Shown here: in pieces, positions 19,317-29,643 of the stretch | How positions within the stretch are numbered: position 1 is the stretch's first letter | Layout: each line of letters starts with the position of its first letter | Origin: Candidatus Binatia bacterium | GTDB taxonomy: Bacteria; Desulfobacterota; Binatia; Bin18 | Reading direction: 5' to 3' | Assembly: GCA_963666315.2 (NCBI GenBank) | Contig: CAXXHG010000032.1 | Span: 1-64,000 of the forward strand | DNA length: 64,000 nucleotides | Made by a program: the position numbers and the translations under genes | Notes under the pieces: model-generated | What the model was told of the DNA's origin: nothing | The model's input: only the letters and a program-made list of their open reading frames with translations | The model's database searches: none

Positions 19317-20825
19317 GTGAAGTTCTCCGACGTCGTCGATCAAGCGAGTGTATTGTTGCAGCGCAAGGGGCGGGTATCGTACCGGGCCTTGACGCGTGAG
19401 TTTGCGCTTGATGCAGAGGCGCTGGCAGATCTCAAAGAAGAACTGATTGTCGTCCTAGACCTAGAGCTGGCCGCCGACAAAGACGGCCAGATGCTCGTCT
19501 GGACCGGGGATGAGAGACCAGAAGAGACGACCTCTCAGCCAGCGGATGCTCCCTTAGCTGATTCGCCATCCCTAGTCCCATCGGCCCAACCTGAGCAGAA
19601 AGTGCTTTCCGGCGAGCGGCGCCAACTGATCGTCATGTTCTGTGACTTGGTGGGCTCCACGGCGCTGTCCGAACAGCTCGACCCGGAAGACTTGCAAACG
19701 GGCGATTATTTCGCCAACACTATCGGCGATGAGCCGGTCGTGGTGTGTCGCGGGAAAGACCGGCAGGTACGCGTCTTCCTCAATTCGTGCCGGTATCGGG
19801 GCACGCAGGTGTGCCGGACCGACACGGGCAATACGCTCCGCTTTCAGTGCCCCTATCGCGGCTGGACTTATGATCTCCAAGGACAGCTCCTCGGCCACCA
19901 AAAGGAAGGCGACGGAGGCAGCTTTGAGGGCGTCGACCGCAAGCAGTGGGGGTTGCTGCAGGTCCCACGTGTCGAGAGCTATCGCGGGCTGATTTTTGCG
20001 TGCTTTGACGAGCACGCGGAAAGTCTCGTGTCGTATTTAGGGGATATGACCTGGTATCTGGATATACTGCTTAATCGCACCGAAGGCGGCTTGATTGCGC
20101 TGCCGGGCGTGCACAAGTGGTCGGCGCCTGCCAATTGGAAGTTTGCCGCCGAGCAGTTTAGTGGCGACGTGTATCATGTCAGCGCGCATGAAAGCCTGTT
20201 CCGCATGGGCATGTTATCGCCCACGTTGTTCATGGAAACCGAACCCAAGGAGGGCAGCTTCCACATGCGCACGGACAACGCGCACACGTGGATCGGCGTC
20301 GCCGGGCTGGCGCCGCCGGACATGCTGTCGCCGGAGTTGGGCACCTATTATGCCGGGCTCAGAAAAGAAGCCGGCGAGCGGTTAAATGCGCAGCAATGCG
20401 GGCTGGTCGATGCCACGAATGTCGGCCAGGTGTACCCCAACCTCGGCATTGTGTCGTTGTTGGGCATGTTGACATTGCGACTGTGGCAGCTACGTGGGCC
20501 GGACCGCATGGAAATATGGTCGTGGGCGTTTGTCGATCGCGATGCACCGCCCGAGGTGGTGAGCATGTCACGCCAGATTCAAGACCGCACCTTTTCGCCT
20601 GCGGGCATCTTCGAGCAAGACGATGTCGAGATGTGGGCCGGGTGTACCACGGGTGCGCGCGGGTTTTATCGGCGGCGGTTCCCGCTGAACTATCAAACCG
20701 GTTGGTGCCATCACCAACGCGATGCCACTAAGCCGGGCATGATAGACGAGCCGCTAAGCGACCGGGGCTCATTCGAATTTTATAAACGCTGGCGTGAGTT
20801 GATGCAGAACGGCAACGGCCGCTGA
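19317..20825 (+). CDS. In-frame chimera: adenylate-cyclase/STAND N-terminus fused to a Rieske ring-hydroxylating oxygenase alpha subunit (both Rieske His ligands lost)
   Basis: [30 protein letters not shown]|GDYFANTIGDEPV; CRYRG...CPYRGW; NWKFAAEQFSGDVYHVSAH, EQDD. Confidence 0.85.
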   Translation: MKFSDVVDQASVLLQRKGRVSYRALTREFALDAEALADLKEELIVVLDLELAADKDGQMLVWTGDERPEETTSQPADAPLADSPSLVPSAQPEQKVLSGERRQLIVMFCDLVGSTALSEQLDPEDLQTGDYFANTIGDEPVVVCRGKDRQVRVFLNSCRYRGTQVCRTDTGNTLRFQCPYRGWTYDLQGQLLGHQKEGDGGSFEGVDRKQWGLLQVPRVESYRGLIFACFDEHAESLVSYLGDMTWYLDILLNRTEGGLIALPGVHKWSAPANWKFAAEQFSGDVYHVSAHESLFRMGMLSPTLFMETEPKEGSFHMRTDNAHTWIGVAGLAPPDMLSPELGTYYAGLRKEAGERLNAQQCGLVDATNVGQVYPNLGIVSLLGMLTLRLWQLRGPDRMEIWSWAFVDRDAPPEVVSMSRQIQDRTFSPAGIFEQDDVEMWAGCTTGARGFYRRRFPLNYQTGWCHHQRDATKPGMIDEPLSDRGSFEFYKRWRELMQNGNGR

Positions 20826-20926
20826 GTAGATCAATCCGGAAGACCTGGTGGGCACGATCGTGTTTTTGGCTGGAGAACAGCAAGCCGGGCGGGGCATACC
20901 TCACCCGACGGAGGAGCATATACAAA

Positions 20927-21991
20927 GTGAAAATCGGGGTGTTTTGTATTTTCGACTATTGGCCTGAGGTCAAGACGGTCCAGCAGTATTTCCGAGACTT
21001 TCTCGACATTACCCAGCGGGCCGACGAGCTGGGCTTTGATTCAGTCTGGGTCTCTGAGCATCATTTCACCCGCTATGGCGGTATCTTGCCCCGGCCGCAG
21101 ATCCTGTTAGCAGCCATGGCGGAACGCACCAAACGGGTTCGTTTGGGCACGGCGGTCAGCCTGGTGCCGTTTGATAATCCCATCCGGGCGGCTGAGGATT
21201 TTGCCCTAATCGATGTATTGAGTGGCGGGCGGCTCAACGTAGGAATCGGGCGGGGGCTTTTCCCATTTGAATATGATGGGATGGGCGTGTCCCAAGACGA
21301 AAGCCGCCAGCGCATGGAAGAAGGCGTCGAGGTGATTCTCCAAGCGTGGCAGGAAGAGTCGCTGACCTTTAGCGGACAGTTTACCACGGACCTGACCACC
21401 CTGCCGCGTCCCATCCAGAGTTCTCTTCCTCTGTACGCCGCAGCGCTGAGCCCTGAGAGCTACGAGTGGGCCGCACGCAAAGGCTATAACATACTGCAGG
21501 TGCCGTATCCCCTACCTATTGAAGTCACTCAGGGTCGTATTGCCGAGTATAAAGACAAACTCCGGCAGTATGGTCACTCGGACAAAGAGGTCATCGGGTT
21601 GTTCCACACCTATGTAGGCGAGACCGACCACAAGGCCAAAGCAGAAGCCGAGCAGGGGGTCATGAACTATGTCGGTCTTGTCAGCACGCTTATGCCAGCC
21701 AAGGTCAAGTCTAAACAGTACAAGGCGTATACAAACTTTGCGCCGACGGTGAAGGCCCTCACGTATGACGTGCTGTATAACGAACGCACCGTGATCGGCG
21801 ATCCAGATCAAGTCATTGCCAAGCTGGAACGCTTCCAAAAAGACTTACAGATGGATCAGTTCATCTATTTTCTTAACTGGGGCGGGATGGCCCATGAAAA
21901 AGTTTTGCAGTCCATGGAGCGGTTCGCCACATATGTCTTGCCGCACTTTCAGAAAGCCGAAGGCCAAACCGGAACACAACTGGCCTCATAG
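20927..21991 (+). CDS. LLM class flavin-dependent oxidoreductase
   Basis: ADELGFDSVWVSEHHF, RVRLGTAV, AEDFALIDVLSGGRL. Confidence 0.93.
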   Translation: MKIGVFCIFDYWPEVKTVQQYFRDFLDITQRADELGFDSVWVSEHHFTRYGGILPRPQILLAAMAERTKRVRLGTAVSLVPFDNPIRAAEDFALIDVLSGGRLNVGIGRGLFPFEYDGMGVSQDESRQRMEEGVEVILQAWQEESLTFSGQFTTDLTTLPRPIQSSLPLYAAALSPESYEWAARKGYNILQVPYPLPIEVTQGRIAEYKDKLRQYGHSDKEVIGLFHTYVGETDHKAKAEAEQGVMNYVGLVSTLMPAKVKSKQYKAYTNFAPTVKALTYDVLYNERTVIGDPDQVIAKLERFQKDLQMDQFIYFLNWGGMAHEKVLQSMERFATYVLPHFQKAEGQTGTQLAS

Positions 21992-22039
21992 GCAATGAAC
22001 GTGGATCGGTCCTGCTCGGTTTTATCAGGAGGAACAAAT

Positions 22040-23095
22040 ATGAAATTTGGCATTTTGTATAACACCGACTACTACCCTGATGTCCACGGCTCAGCCTCAG
22101 ATTACTACAACCAGATTCTAGAGCAGGTTCAACTCGAAGAAGAACTCGGTTTTGAGTCGGTCTGGTTCGGTGAACACCACTACTCCGGCTATTCGTTTGG
22201 TTCCCCGCCGGTCATCGCCATGGCTGCGGCAAACCGGACCAAGCGCATTCGCCTCGGCACGGGAGTCTCATTGATTCCTCTCAACCACCCCATTCGCCTG
22301 GCCGAAGAGTACGCCATGCTTGATGTTCTCAGCGGCGGCCGGTTGGAGTATGGCATCGGCCGGGGCTTTCTCAAATACTCGCACGAGATCTGTGGGATCA
22401 ACGAAGACGAAAACCACGAGCGCTATTATGAGGGGACGGACATCATCCTGAAGGCCTGGACCTCGACTGAGCCATTCTCCTACGAGGGAAAGTTTTGGCA
22501 ACTGCAGGACTATTCTTTTTTCCCCAAGCCCATCCAGCAACCTCATCCGCCGATCTATGCCTCGGGCGTAGTCACTCCAGAGAGCTTTACCTGGGCCGGG
22601 CGCAAGGGCTTACACCTCGCGACCGGTTTTTTTGTTCCCGTGCAAGAACAGCTACGGGATAACATCCAGCTCTACCGCCAGGCCCTGCAGGAAGCGGGCC
22701 ACAACCCAGCCGAGCGGGATGTGGCAGGTGTGTTCCAAATGTACTGCGGCGAGAGCAATGAGGAGGCTCACCGTAACGGCGGCCAGCACGTGCTCAACTA
22801 TTACAAATTCTTTGGCAGCCTGGACCAGCGCAGCCCGCATACCTCTCGTTCATTCGAACACTATCAAGGTGGCGTCTCCCGACTTTTCGCCGGGCTGACC
22901 TATGAAGAGCTTGACAAGCGCAATCTGATTATGATCGGCAACCCGGATAACCTTATCGAACGCATCAAGTGGGCCCAAGAATACTTTGGTACCAACTACC
23001 TGATTCTCGAAGTGGCTCAGGGTGGTATGCCGCATAAATACGTCATGCCGTCTCTAGAGCGTTTTGCCAAATCCGTGATGCCACACTTTCAGTAA
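22040..23095 (+). CDS. LLM class flavin-dependent oxidoreductase
   Basis: GGAGG RBS at start 22040; EELGFESVWFGEHHY, AEEYAMLDVLSGGRL. Confidence 0.93.
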   Translation: MKFGILYNTDYYPDVHGSASDYYNQILEQVQLEEELGFESVWFGEHHYSGYSFGSPPVIAMAAANRTKRIRLGTGVSLIPLNHPIRLAEEYAMLDVLSGGRLEYGIGRGFLKYSHEICGINEDENHERYYEGTDIILKAWTSTEPFSYEGKFWQLQDYSFFPKPIQQPHPPIYASGVVTPESFTWAGRKGLHLATGFFVPVQEQLRDNIQLYRQALQEAGHNPAERDVAGVFQMYCGESNEEAHRNGGQHVLNYYKFFGSLDQRSPHTSRSFEHYQGGVSRLFAGLTYEELDKRNLIMIGNPDNLIERIKWAQEYFGTNYLILEVAQGGMPHKYVMPSLERFAKSVMPHFQ

Positions 23096-23265
23096 GAAAG
23101 CGCGAGAGCCTGTGCATCACAAACTCCTCAACGATGTGAACGACAAGATTGAGTCCGTGCTGGATATTTATCATGTGCGAGCAACCCACAACGGGAAGGA
23201 ATGGGCCAGAAACAATTATAAGGCGGCAAGACATCTCGCGAAATAGATCTGCATAAAAGGGGAGA

Positions 23266-24441
23266 ATGAGGATGGCGGGAACGGAAGCAACACTGCGCGC
23301 GGAAATGTTGGATGCCGTCGCGACTATTGCGCCGACGTTCGAGGCCGAGGCAGAAGCATCGGAACGCCTGGGCCGGCTTTCGGATGCATCGATGCAGGCG
23401 ATTCGATCGGCTGGGCTCATCGGGTTGCGGACGCCCAAGGTCTTCGGTGGCTACGAGGCCGACCCCATTACCGAATTGGAAGTGCTGGAGGCAGCCTCTC
23501 GTGCCGACGGGTCTGCGGGCTGGTGTCTGGGCATTCTGACCGGCTCGAATGCCATGGCCGGGGCGTATTTACCCAGGGAGTCTGCTGAGGTGATCTTTGC
23601 CAACGGTCCCGTGCCTATGGCCGGTGCCCCGACCCCGCATGGCAAGGCGCAGCCGAAAGGCGACGGCTATGTCTTGAATGGGCGCTGGGCGTTTGGCAGT
23701 GGCATCCACCACGCCGAGTATGTCATGGCCGGCGCGCGGATCGCAGGCATCCCGCCCCCGGCCGGGTTGCGCATTTTCATCCTGCCCCGGTCGGAAGTCG
23801 AACGCGTGGACAACTGGCAGGTGGCCGGCCTCAGGGGAACGGGCAGTTGTGACTATAAAATCCATGACATCTTTGTCCCCACGTCGCGCAGCTTCAGCCT
23901 GACCGAGCTGGCCACGGGGCAGGCCAAGTCGGGGGGCCCGTCGTATCGGTTGGGCCTGCCGGGCATCGTCTCGGTGTTTCATATGGGCATCCCACTCGGC
24001 ATTGCGCGACGCGCCTTAGATGAGATCATTCGCGTGGCGACCACCAAACGGCGGGGCATTTTATCCACCGTACCCTTGGCCGAGCGGGGCGTGTTTCAGA
24101 GTAAAATTGGCAAGGCCGAGCTGCAACTGGCCTCGGCGCGTGCCCTGGCGCATGACGTCACCACGCGTGCATGGGAGGCCGTGCAGGCAGGTGAGGCCCT
24201 TGCCCCTGCGGTCCAAGCCGAGTTGCGCGGGGCGGGGACGTATATCACTGAAGTGACGCAGGACATCGCGACCATGACATTCCACGCGGGCGGTGGAGCC
24301 GCGCTGTTTGACAGTAGCCCGTTGCAGCGCTGCTTTCGCGACGTACATGCTGCGGGCCAGCATTTCATTGCCAGCGATTCGGCCTATCAGGGCTTGGGCC
24401 GTTTTTGTTTAGATCGTCCAGACGCCGATGCCATGATGTAG
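23266..24441 (+). CDS. Acyl-CoA-dehydrogenase-fold flavin-dependent hydroxylase (HsaA/C2-like)
   Basis: GRWAFGSGIHHA, WQVAGLRGTGS, PLQRCFRDVHAAGQH. Confidence 0.9.
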   Translation: MRMAGTEATLRAEMLDAVATIAPTFEAEAEASERLGRLSDASMQAIRSAGLIGLRTPKVFGGYEADPITELEVLEAASRADGSAGWCLGILTGSNAMAGAYLPRESAEVIFANGPVPMAGAPTPHGKAQPKGDGYVLNGRWAFGSGIHHAEYVMAGARIAGIPPPAGLRIFILPRSEVERVDNWQVAGLRGTGSCDYKIHDIFVPTSRSFSLTELATGQAKSGGPSYRLGLPGIVSVFHMGIPLGIARRALDEIIRVATTKRRGILSTVPLAERGVFQSKIGKAELQLASARALAHDVTTRAWEAVQAGEALAPAVQAELRGAGTYITEVTQDIATMTFHAGGGAALFDSSPLQRCFRDVHAAGQHFIASDSAYQGLGRFCLDRPDADAMM

Positions 24442-24660
24442 TGTCGAGAGCCTCTCCCGTTGTCGCTTACAAATACTCAGCGTGAGCGGTGGATACACAA
24501 TGATGTAGACGCGGACAAGGAGAAAGGAGTACCGCTATACACAACGGCAAGAGCGCTGGTCAAGAGAGGAGAGCTGTATGTTAGACGCACAAGACAGCAA
24601 GCGCTCAATCACTATCTAAGGCCGATTGTAAAAGCCTCCCACCTCCAGAAAGGAGAAAGC

Positions 24661-25005
24661 ATGCAAACGCCCGCGAACGGCAAAAAATAGACGCTCCAAT
24701 ATCCAGAATTGGGAACCGGACCTTTTACCAATCACGCCCTATCTCTCCGCAGAGTATTTTGGGCAAGAGCGTGAAAAACTCTTCCAACGCACGTGGCTAT
24801 GTACCGGGAAACGAGCAGAGGAAATTCCTCAGGCGGGGAACTATCTGGTATAGAATATCGAGGCAGGCAACACCTCAATTCTACCATGGCAAGTCGTTAC
24901 CCCAGCGTTTCGCTGGCGACGTGATGGTCAATAAGGAACAACCGTCCTGTCATGTCCTCGATGCCAAACTCTTCCGTCGTCACGGAATGATGTCATTCTA
25001 CGGGG
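24661..25005 (+). pseudogene. Second Rieske oxygenase alpha subunit, fragments
   Basis: YPELGTGP / YLSAEYFGQEREKLFQRTWLCTGKRAEEIPQAGNYLV*; stops and deletions. Confidence 0.7.
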
Positions 25006-25129
25006 ATCGTCGCAATGTGGAGCGGAGTCCCATGGAGATGGTCACAGCGCAGTTTGGGACGAGTCTGAAAGAATTCCCTGGCCTGGCTGAGGTGGAAAGC
25101 TGGCCGCTGGGAGTCAACCCGACGCGGAG

Positions 25130-25310
25130 TGAGAACTGGAGGTGACTGGGATGATCAGCGAAGGGGATCGGGTATTCGCTGTACGGCACACCACTGGACA
25201 GGGGACGGGCGAGTTTATGGGTCGCGAGGTACACGGGAGGTCAGTCGGACGTCTATGAGGCGATGTTCGCTGGCGTACAGGATAACAAAATTTCCTGGGC
25301 GCAATTTTAT
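25130..25310 (+). pseudogene. Ester cyclase/SnoaL-like fragment
   Basis: VTGMISEGDRVFAVRHTTGQGTGEFMG. Confidence 0.5.
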
Positions 25311-25387
25311 AGCGATACAGCAACGCTCAACGAACAAATATCGTGACCAGTACAGATGTATGCGAAGGCAAAAGGAGGGAATCGCCA

Positions 25388-25612
25388 TGCGATGTGGGTT
25401 TTTGACAGAGGGCGACACGCCTCGCGGGGCGTCTGTTGCCAATCGTTATTTGGAAGTCATTCGGGAAGCCCAGTTCTTAGAGGAAATGGGCTTTGACTTC
25501 TGGGGAAGCTCCGAGCAACATTTTACGGGTCCGGTAGTCACCATCTCGGCGCCTGAAGTGCTGTTCGGTGCCGTCGCCCAAGCGACGAGCCGGATCAAGC
25601 TGCGCACGATGA
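25388..25612 (+). pseudogene. LLM oxidoreductase N-terminal stump
   Basis: AGGAGG RBS; EEMGFDFWGSSEQHF...ATSRIKLRTM then truncated. Confidence 0.8.
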
Positions 25613-25712
25613 ACACCTCTACCGAGACGTGAAAGAACTCCGTCAATTTCTTTGCCCGGGCCTTACTAACAGCCCGCTTGCCCCTGACGACCTCCGACGT
25701 CAGACCGCGTAT
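25608..25712 (-). pseudogene. HigA-like antitoxin HTH C-terminal stump
   Basis: GLTSEVVRGKRAVSKARAKKLTEFFHVSVEVFI. Confidence 0.7.
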
Positions 25713-25801
25713 TAGCACTTCAAGTCTACACGAAAGAATGATATGCTTTGACATATCAGAATAAGATTTCATTATCTTACATACAGAATCGTATATCGAT
25801 A

Positions 25802-26010
25802 ATGAGTTACACGACTGCATACTTCACCAACACCTTACGGGCAGCTCGAGAACGTAAAGGGCTCAGTCAGCGCGAGCTGAGTCAGAAGGTCGGCTTGCCT
25901 CAGAGTCATATCTCGAAGATCGAGAACGGCACGATCGATCTCAGACTGTCCAGTCTGGTCGCACTGGCCCATGTTCTTGATCTGGAGCCGACACTCGTAC
26001 CCCGCAAGGA
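25802..26010 (+). pseudogene. XRE-family HTH regulator/antitoxin, truncated
   Basis: LRAARERKGLSQRELSQKVGLPQSHISKIENGTIDLRLSSL. Confidence 0.8.
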
Positions 26011-26316
26011 AGTCGGCGAATGGCGCGATGTTTTGCCTTACGCTTGCCTGTTCTAGAGCGGCCATGTAGGCCTCCCGCCATTCCAGCGGCACCACTGTCC
26101 AGGGATATCCGCCTGCCGCCATCATGACGTTCATAAGGAATCAGCCGACACGACCGTTGCCGTCCGTATAGGGGTGCATATAAACGAAGATGAAGTGGCC
26201 GAGCACAACACGCACTGACGGCTCGGTCTCCTCTCTCAGCATCTCGAAAAAAACCGGTAAGGCATCGCGGACCGCGACGTGATTGGGCGGAACGTGCATC
26301 GAGCGCCGGATATATA
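26000..26316 (-). pseudogene. Fic-domain protein fragment with a nonsense codon
   Basis: HFIFVYMHPYTDGNGRVG*FLMNVM (TGA at 26141-26143). Confidence 0.85.
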
Positions 26317-26688
26317 GTAATTCTTAATAACATTTACACAGATTGATATGTACGACTTTCAGGGGCAAGCCCTAGATAGAGGAGAGTCGACTCTTGCTAT
26401 TTACAATCAATAACATGATTATGACCTGAGAGTGTGCCCAAAAAGTACGTTCTGGGTGTCGCCCGGCTGCAAGCGGCATGTCCAGCGTTGCCCTGCATCG
26501 CCATATCAAAGCGGATATAGCTGCTTCGGGCGCCTTGGTCATGCTGCTTTCGGTCGGGCTTTGGCCACAGAGACACTTATGAGACACGCTCTAAGATGAG
26601 GCGAACTGAAAAACCTGCGTGGAACAGTGAAGGGGGGAGCACCATGACAAATATGGATCAACACTCATAAAAGCCAAAAGGGAACGGG

Positions 26689-28314
26689 GTGGTCGAACAT
26701 TATGACGCGGTCATCATCGGAGCGGGCGTTGGCGGCCTGTACGCCCTGCACCACCTGCGCGCAATGGGCCTCTCGGTGCGCGTGTACGACGCCGCCGCCG
26801 GCGTAGGCGGCACCTGGTGGTGGAACTGCTACCCCGGTGCGCGGGTCGATGGTCCGGGTAGTCCCTTCTACTGCTACACGTTCTCAGAAGAGCTTGTACG
26901 GGAATGGGACTGGGCCGAGACCCAGCCAAGCCAAGCCCAGGTACTGACGTACCTTGAGCATGTCGCCGATCGGTTTGACCTGCGTCGGGACATCCAACTT
27001 GAGACCTGGGTGAGTAACCCGCGTTACGACGAAGCGGCGCAGCGCTGGACGGTCGAGACCAGTGCCGGCCAGCGGGTTTCTGCGCAGTTTTTGATCTGCG
27101 CCGCCGGCACCCTCTCGGAGCCGCACAAGCCCGACTTCGCCGGGTTCGACGATTTCACTGGCGAGTGCTACCACACCGGCCGCTGGCCGCAGGAGCCCGT
27201 TTCCTTTGCCGGCAAGCGCGTCGGCGTGATCGGGACTGGCTCTTCAGGGGTGCAGTCGATTCCCGAGATCGCTCGCGAGGCGGCGCATCTGACCGTGTTT
27301 CAGCGTACGCCGCAGTACAGCATCCCGGCTCGCAACCGTCCCCTCGAGCCTGAGCTGCAGCAGTACGCCCGCGAAAACTGGGACGAAGTCCGGGCGAAGA
27401 TGAAGGCGCATCCCGTGGGTATGCCGTTCGAGATGACCACGCGCTTGGGCGCCGAGGACACCCCCGAGCAGCGCCAGACGCTCTACGAAGAGCTGTGGCA
27501 GAAGGGCAGCTTTAACCTCCTTTTCGGCAGCTATGCCGACCTCCTGACCAATAAGGAGACCAACCGCACGCTGGCCGACTTCGTGCGCGGCAAGATCCGT
27601 GAGACCGTGTGCGACCCCAAGATCGCCGCCAAGTTGATGCCCGATTACTATCTGGGCACCAAACGTCAGATCCTTGACAACGGCTACTACGAAATTTTCA
27701 ACCGCGACAACGTCACCTTAGTGGACCTGCGCGAAGACCCGATTCGGGAGTTCACACACACAAGCGTGCGCACCGCGACGGGCGACCACCCCCTCGACAT
27801 GCTCGTGCTGGCGACGGGCTTCGATGCCATCAGCGGCACCTTGCTACGCCTCAACCCCAAGGGGCGCGGCGGCGTCAGCCTGAAAGAGAAGTGGCGCACC
27901 CGCTTCACGACGTACCTCGGCATGGCGATCTCCGACTTCCCCAATCTTTTTCTGATCCATGGCCCAGGATCACCCTCGGTGCTGTACAACATGCCGCTCG
28001 GCGCCGAGCGTGAGACGGAGTGGATCGGCGACTGTGTGCGCTACCTGCGCGAACAGGGTCTGGGCGCCATCGAGCCGACTCCCGACGCCGAGAAAGCCTG
28101 GGACCGAGAGATTGCTGAGCTGGCCAACGAGACGCTCTACCCCCTGACCGACTCCTGGTACACGGGGGCCAACATCCCAGGCAAGCCTCGCCAGTTCTGC
28201 GTACACCTAGGCGGCCCGCTCTACTTCCAGCGCCTCTCCGAGGTTGCCGCCCAGGGCTACGAGGGCTTTGTGTTCGAGACGGAGCGCCGTGCGGAGGTCG
28301 CTGCCGCGTCCTGA
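26689..28314 (+). CDS. Type I Baeyer-Villiger monooxygenase (CHMO/PAMO-like)
   Basis: GAGVGG, GGTWWWNCYPGARVD, FTGECYHTGRWP, GTGSSG; upstream in-frame ATG 26644 with RBS is cut off by TAA 26668. Confidence 0.92.
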   Translation: MVEHYDAVIIGAGVGGLYALHHLRAMGLSVRVYDAAAGVGGTWWWNCYPGARVDGPGSPFYCYTFSEELVREWDWAETQPSQAQVLTYLEHVADRFDLRRDIQLETWVSNPRYDEAAQRWTVETSAGQRVSAQFLICAAGTLSEPHKPDFAGFDDFTGECYHTGRWPQEPVSFAGKRVGVIGTGSSGVQSIPEIAREAAHLTVFQRTPQYSIPARNRPLEPELQQYARENWDEVRAKMKAHPVGMPFEMTTRLGAEDTPEQRQTLYEELWQKGSFNLLFGSYADLLTNKETNRTLADFVRGKIRETVCDPKIAAKLMPDYYLGTKRQILDNGYYEIFNRDNVTLVDLREDPIREFTHTSVRTATGDHPLDMLVLATGFDAISGTLLRLNPKGRGGVSLKEKWRTRFTTYLGMAISDFPNLFLIHGPGSPSVLYNMPLGAERETEWIGDCVRYLREQGLGAIEPTPDAEKAWDREIAELANETLYPLTDSWYTGANIPGKPRQFCVHLGGPLYFQRLSEVAAQGYEGFVFETERRAEVAAAS

Positions 28315-28334
28315 GTATCCCAAAAAACAATCGG

Positions 28335-28366
28335 CCTCGTCTAGCCCTGGGCCTGGCTAGACGAGG
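28335..28366 (+). terminator. 12-bp stem hairpin after BVMO
   Basis: CCTCGTCTAGCC-N8-GGCTAGACGAGG; no U-tract. Confidence 0.5.
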
Positions 28367-28433
28367 GGAGGAATTAGGAGAGCGCTCCTTTTCACGAAGA
28401 CCGCTTCGCGGTTTGTAGACGGAGGGCTCTCTT

Positions 28434-28900
28434 ATGACGCTACTCTCTCGGTACTTTGTGGCCAGCCCCAACACGTGATCCAGCGCGGGAATAACTGCAG
28501 TGCGATTTTTAAGGCCGAGCAGGACTACCGGTTTTATCGCGACTGTCTGGCTGCCGCTGCCACCCAGCATGGGTGTGAGATCCACGCCTATGTCTTGATG
28601 ACCAACCACGTCCACCTGCTCCTCACCCCACACCAGCCGGACAGCATCCCGAAAACCCTCCAATCGATCGGCCGCCGCTACGTCCAGTGCTTCAACTTCC
28701 ACTATCGGCGCACGGGCACGTTGTGGGAGGGGCGCTATCGGGCCACCCTCATCGACAGCGCTGGATACTTGCTGACCTGCTCTCGGTATATTGAGCTGAA
28801 CCCAGTGCGGGCACAAATGGTGGGCCATGCGCGCTTCTATCCGTGGTCGTACGTCCTCGGAAAGGGACTCCTTAATGAGTCTGACCAGTCTGACCCCATT
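28434..28900 (+). mobile_element. REP-associated tyrosine transposase (RAYT/Y1) remnant
   Basis: GQPQHVIQRGNN, HAYVLMTNHVHLL (HUH), RRTGTLWEGRY, RYIELNPVRA, YPWS then truncated; ends at AGTCTGACCCC. Confidence 0.9.
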
Positions 28901-28960
28901 TGATTAAAATTTTCCAACTTCGTCTCACAGGTGAGTAAGCTCCATCGATCTTAGGCTGGT

Positions 28961-29335
28961 CTATAGGCCAGGTATTTTGCTGTAATCAAGGTAAGTTCGG
29001 TCAGTGGCAATCTTACCGTCCTTGAAGGTGAGGACCCCACAAAATGGCGTCTCAATGTATTCGCCATCGGCGTTGGTAAACGTGAGAACAGCTTCAACGA
29101 TTACCATATCGCCTGTGGCATGGGTGTGGTCGATCCTGAAAGCGCGGTCAGGTATGGCCGCTATGACTTCTTGCTCGACCTCGAGAAAATCGTCCCGACC
29201 TTTAACGGTAGACAACCCCATGTAATGGACGACACGGTCGCGGGTGTAGCTGTCGGTGACCATCGCGGACAGAGCGGTATTGAACAAATTCTTCCACTTC
29301 TCTACCGCCTCTAGGTTTTGTTCTTCCTGGCTCAT
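28961..29335 (-). CDS. SnoaL/NTF2-like protein
   Basis: ATGDMVIVE...FCGVLTFKDGKIATDRTYLD; GGGGAGG RBS. Confidence 0.85.
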   Translation of the reverse strand: MSQEEQNLEAVEKWKNLFNTALSAMVTDSYTRDRVVHYMGLSTVKGRDDFLEVEQEVIAAIPDRAFRIDHTHATGDMVIVEAVLTFTNADGEYIETPFCGVLTFKDGKIATDRTYLDYSKIPGL

Positions 29336-29643
29336 TCGTGTTGCCTCCCCCAATGAAATTCCCTAGACCTCTACATTGCCATGTATGGCGAGCACAAAAA
29401 GGCCAGACACGATTTATTACTCAATTTCCTCATTAAGCAGGTTTCCGCGAGGAGACTATCATTTCAGGGACCACGGATCAGCAGCATCCAAATTTTATGC
29501 GAATGACAGATTCACTGCGCTTTTCAGCAGAGTAATGATCTGCTGGCACAAGGCACTTCCCAGCGAACAAAGACTCCGCTAAGTTTTGTCCTGGTTGCGA
29601 TCGGAACGTTAAAAAACTTTGCAGCGAAAGAGGGAGGTAGATT

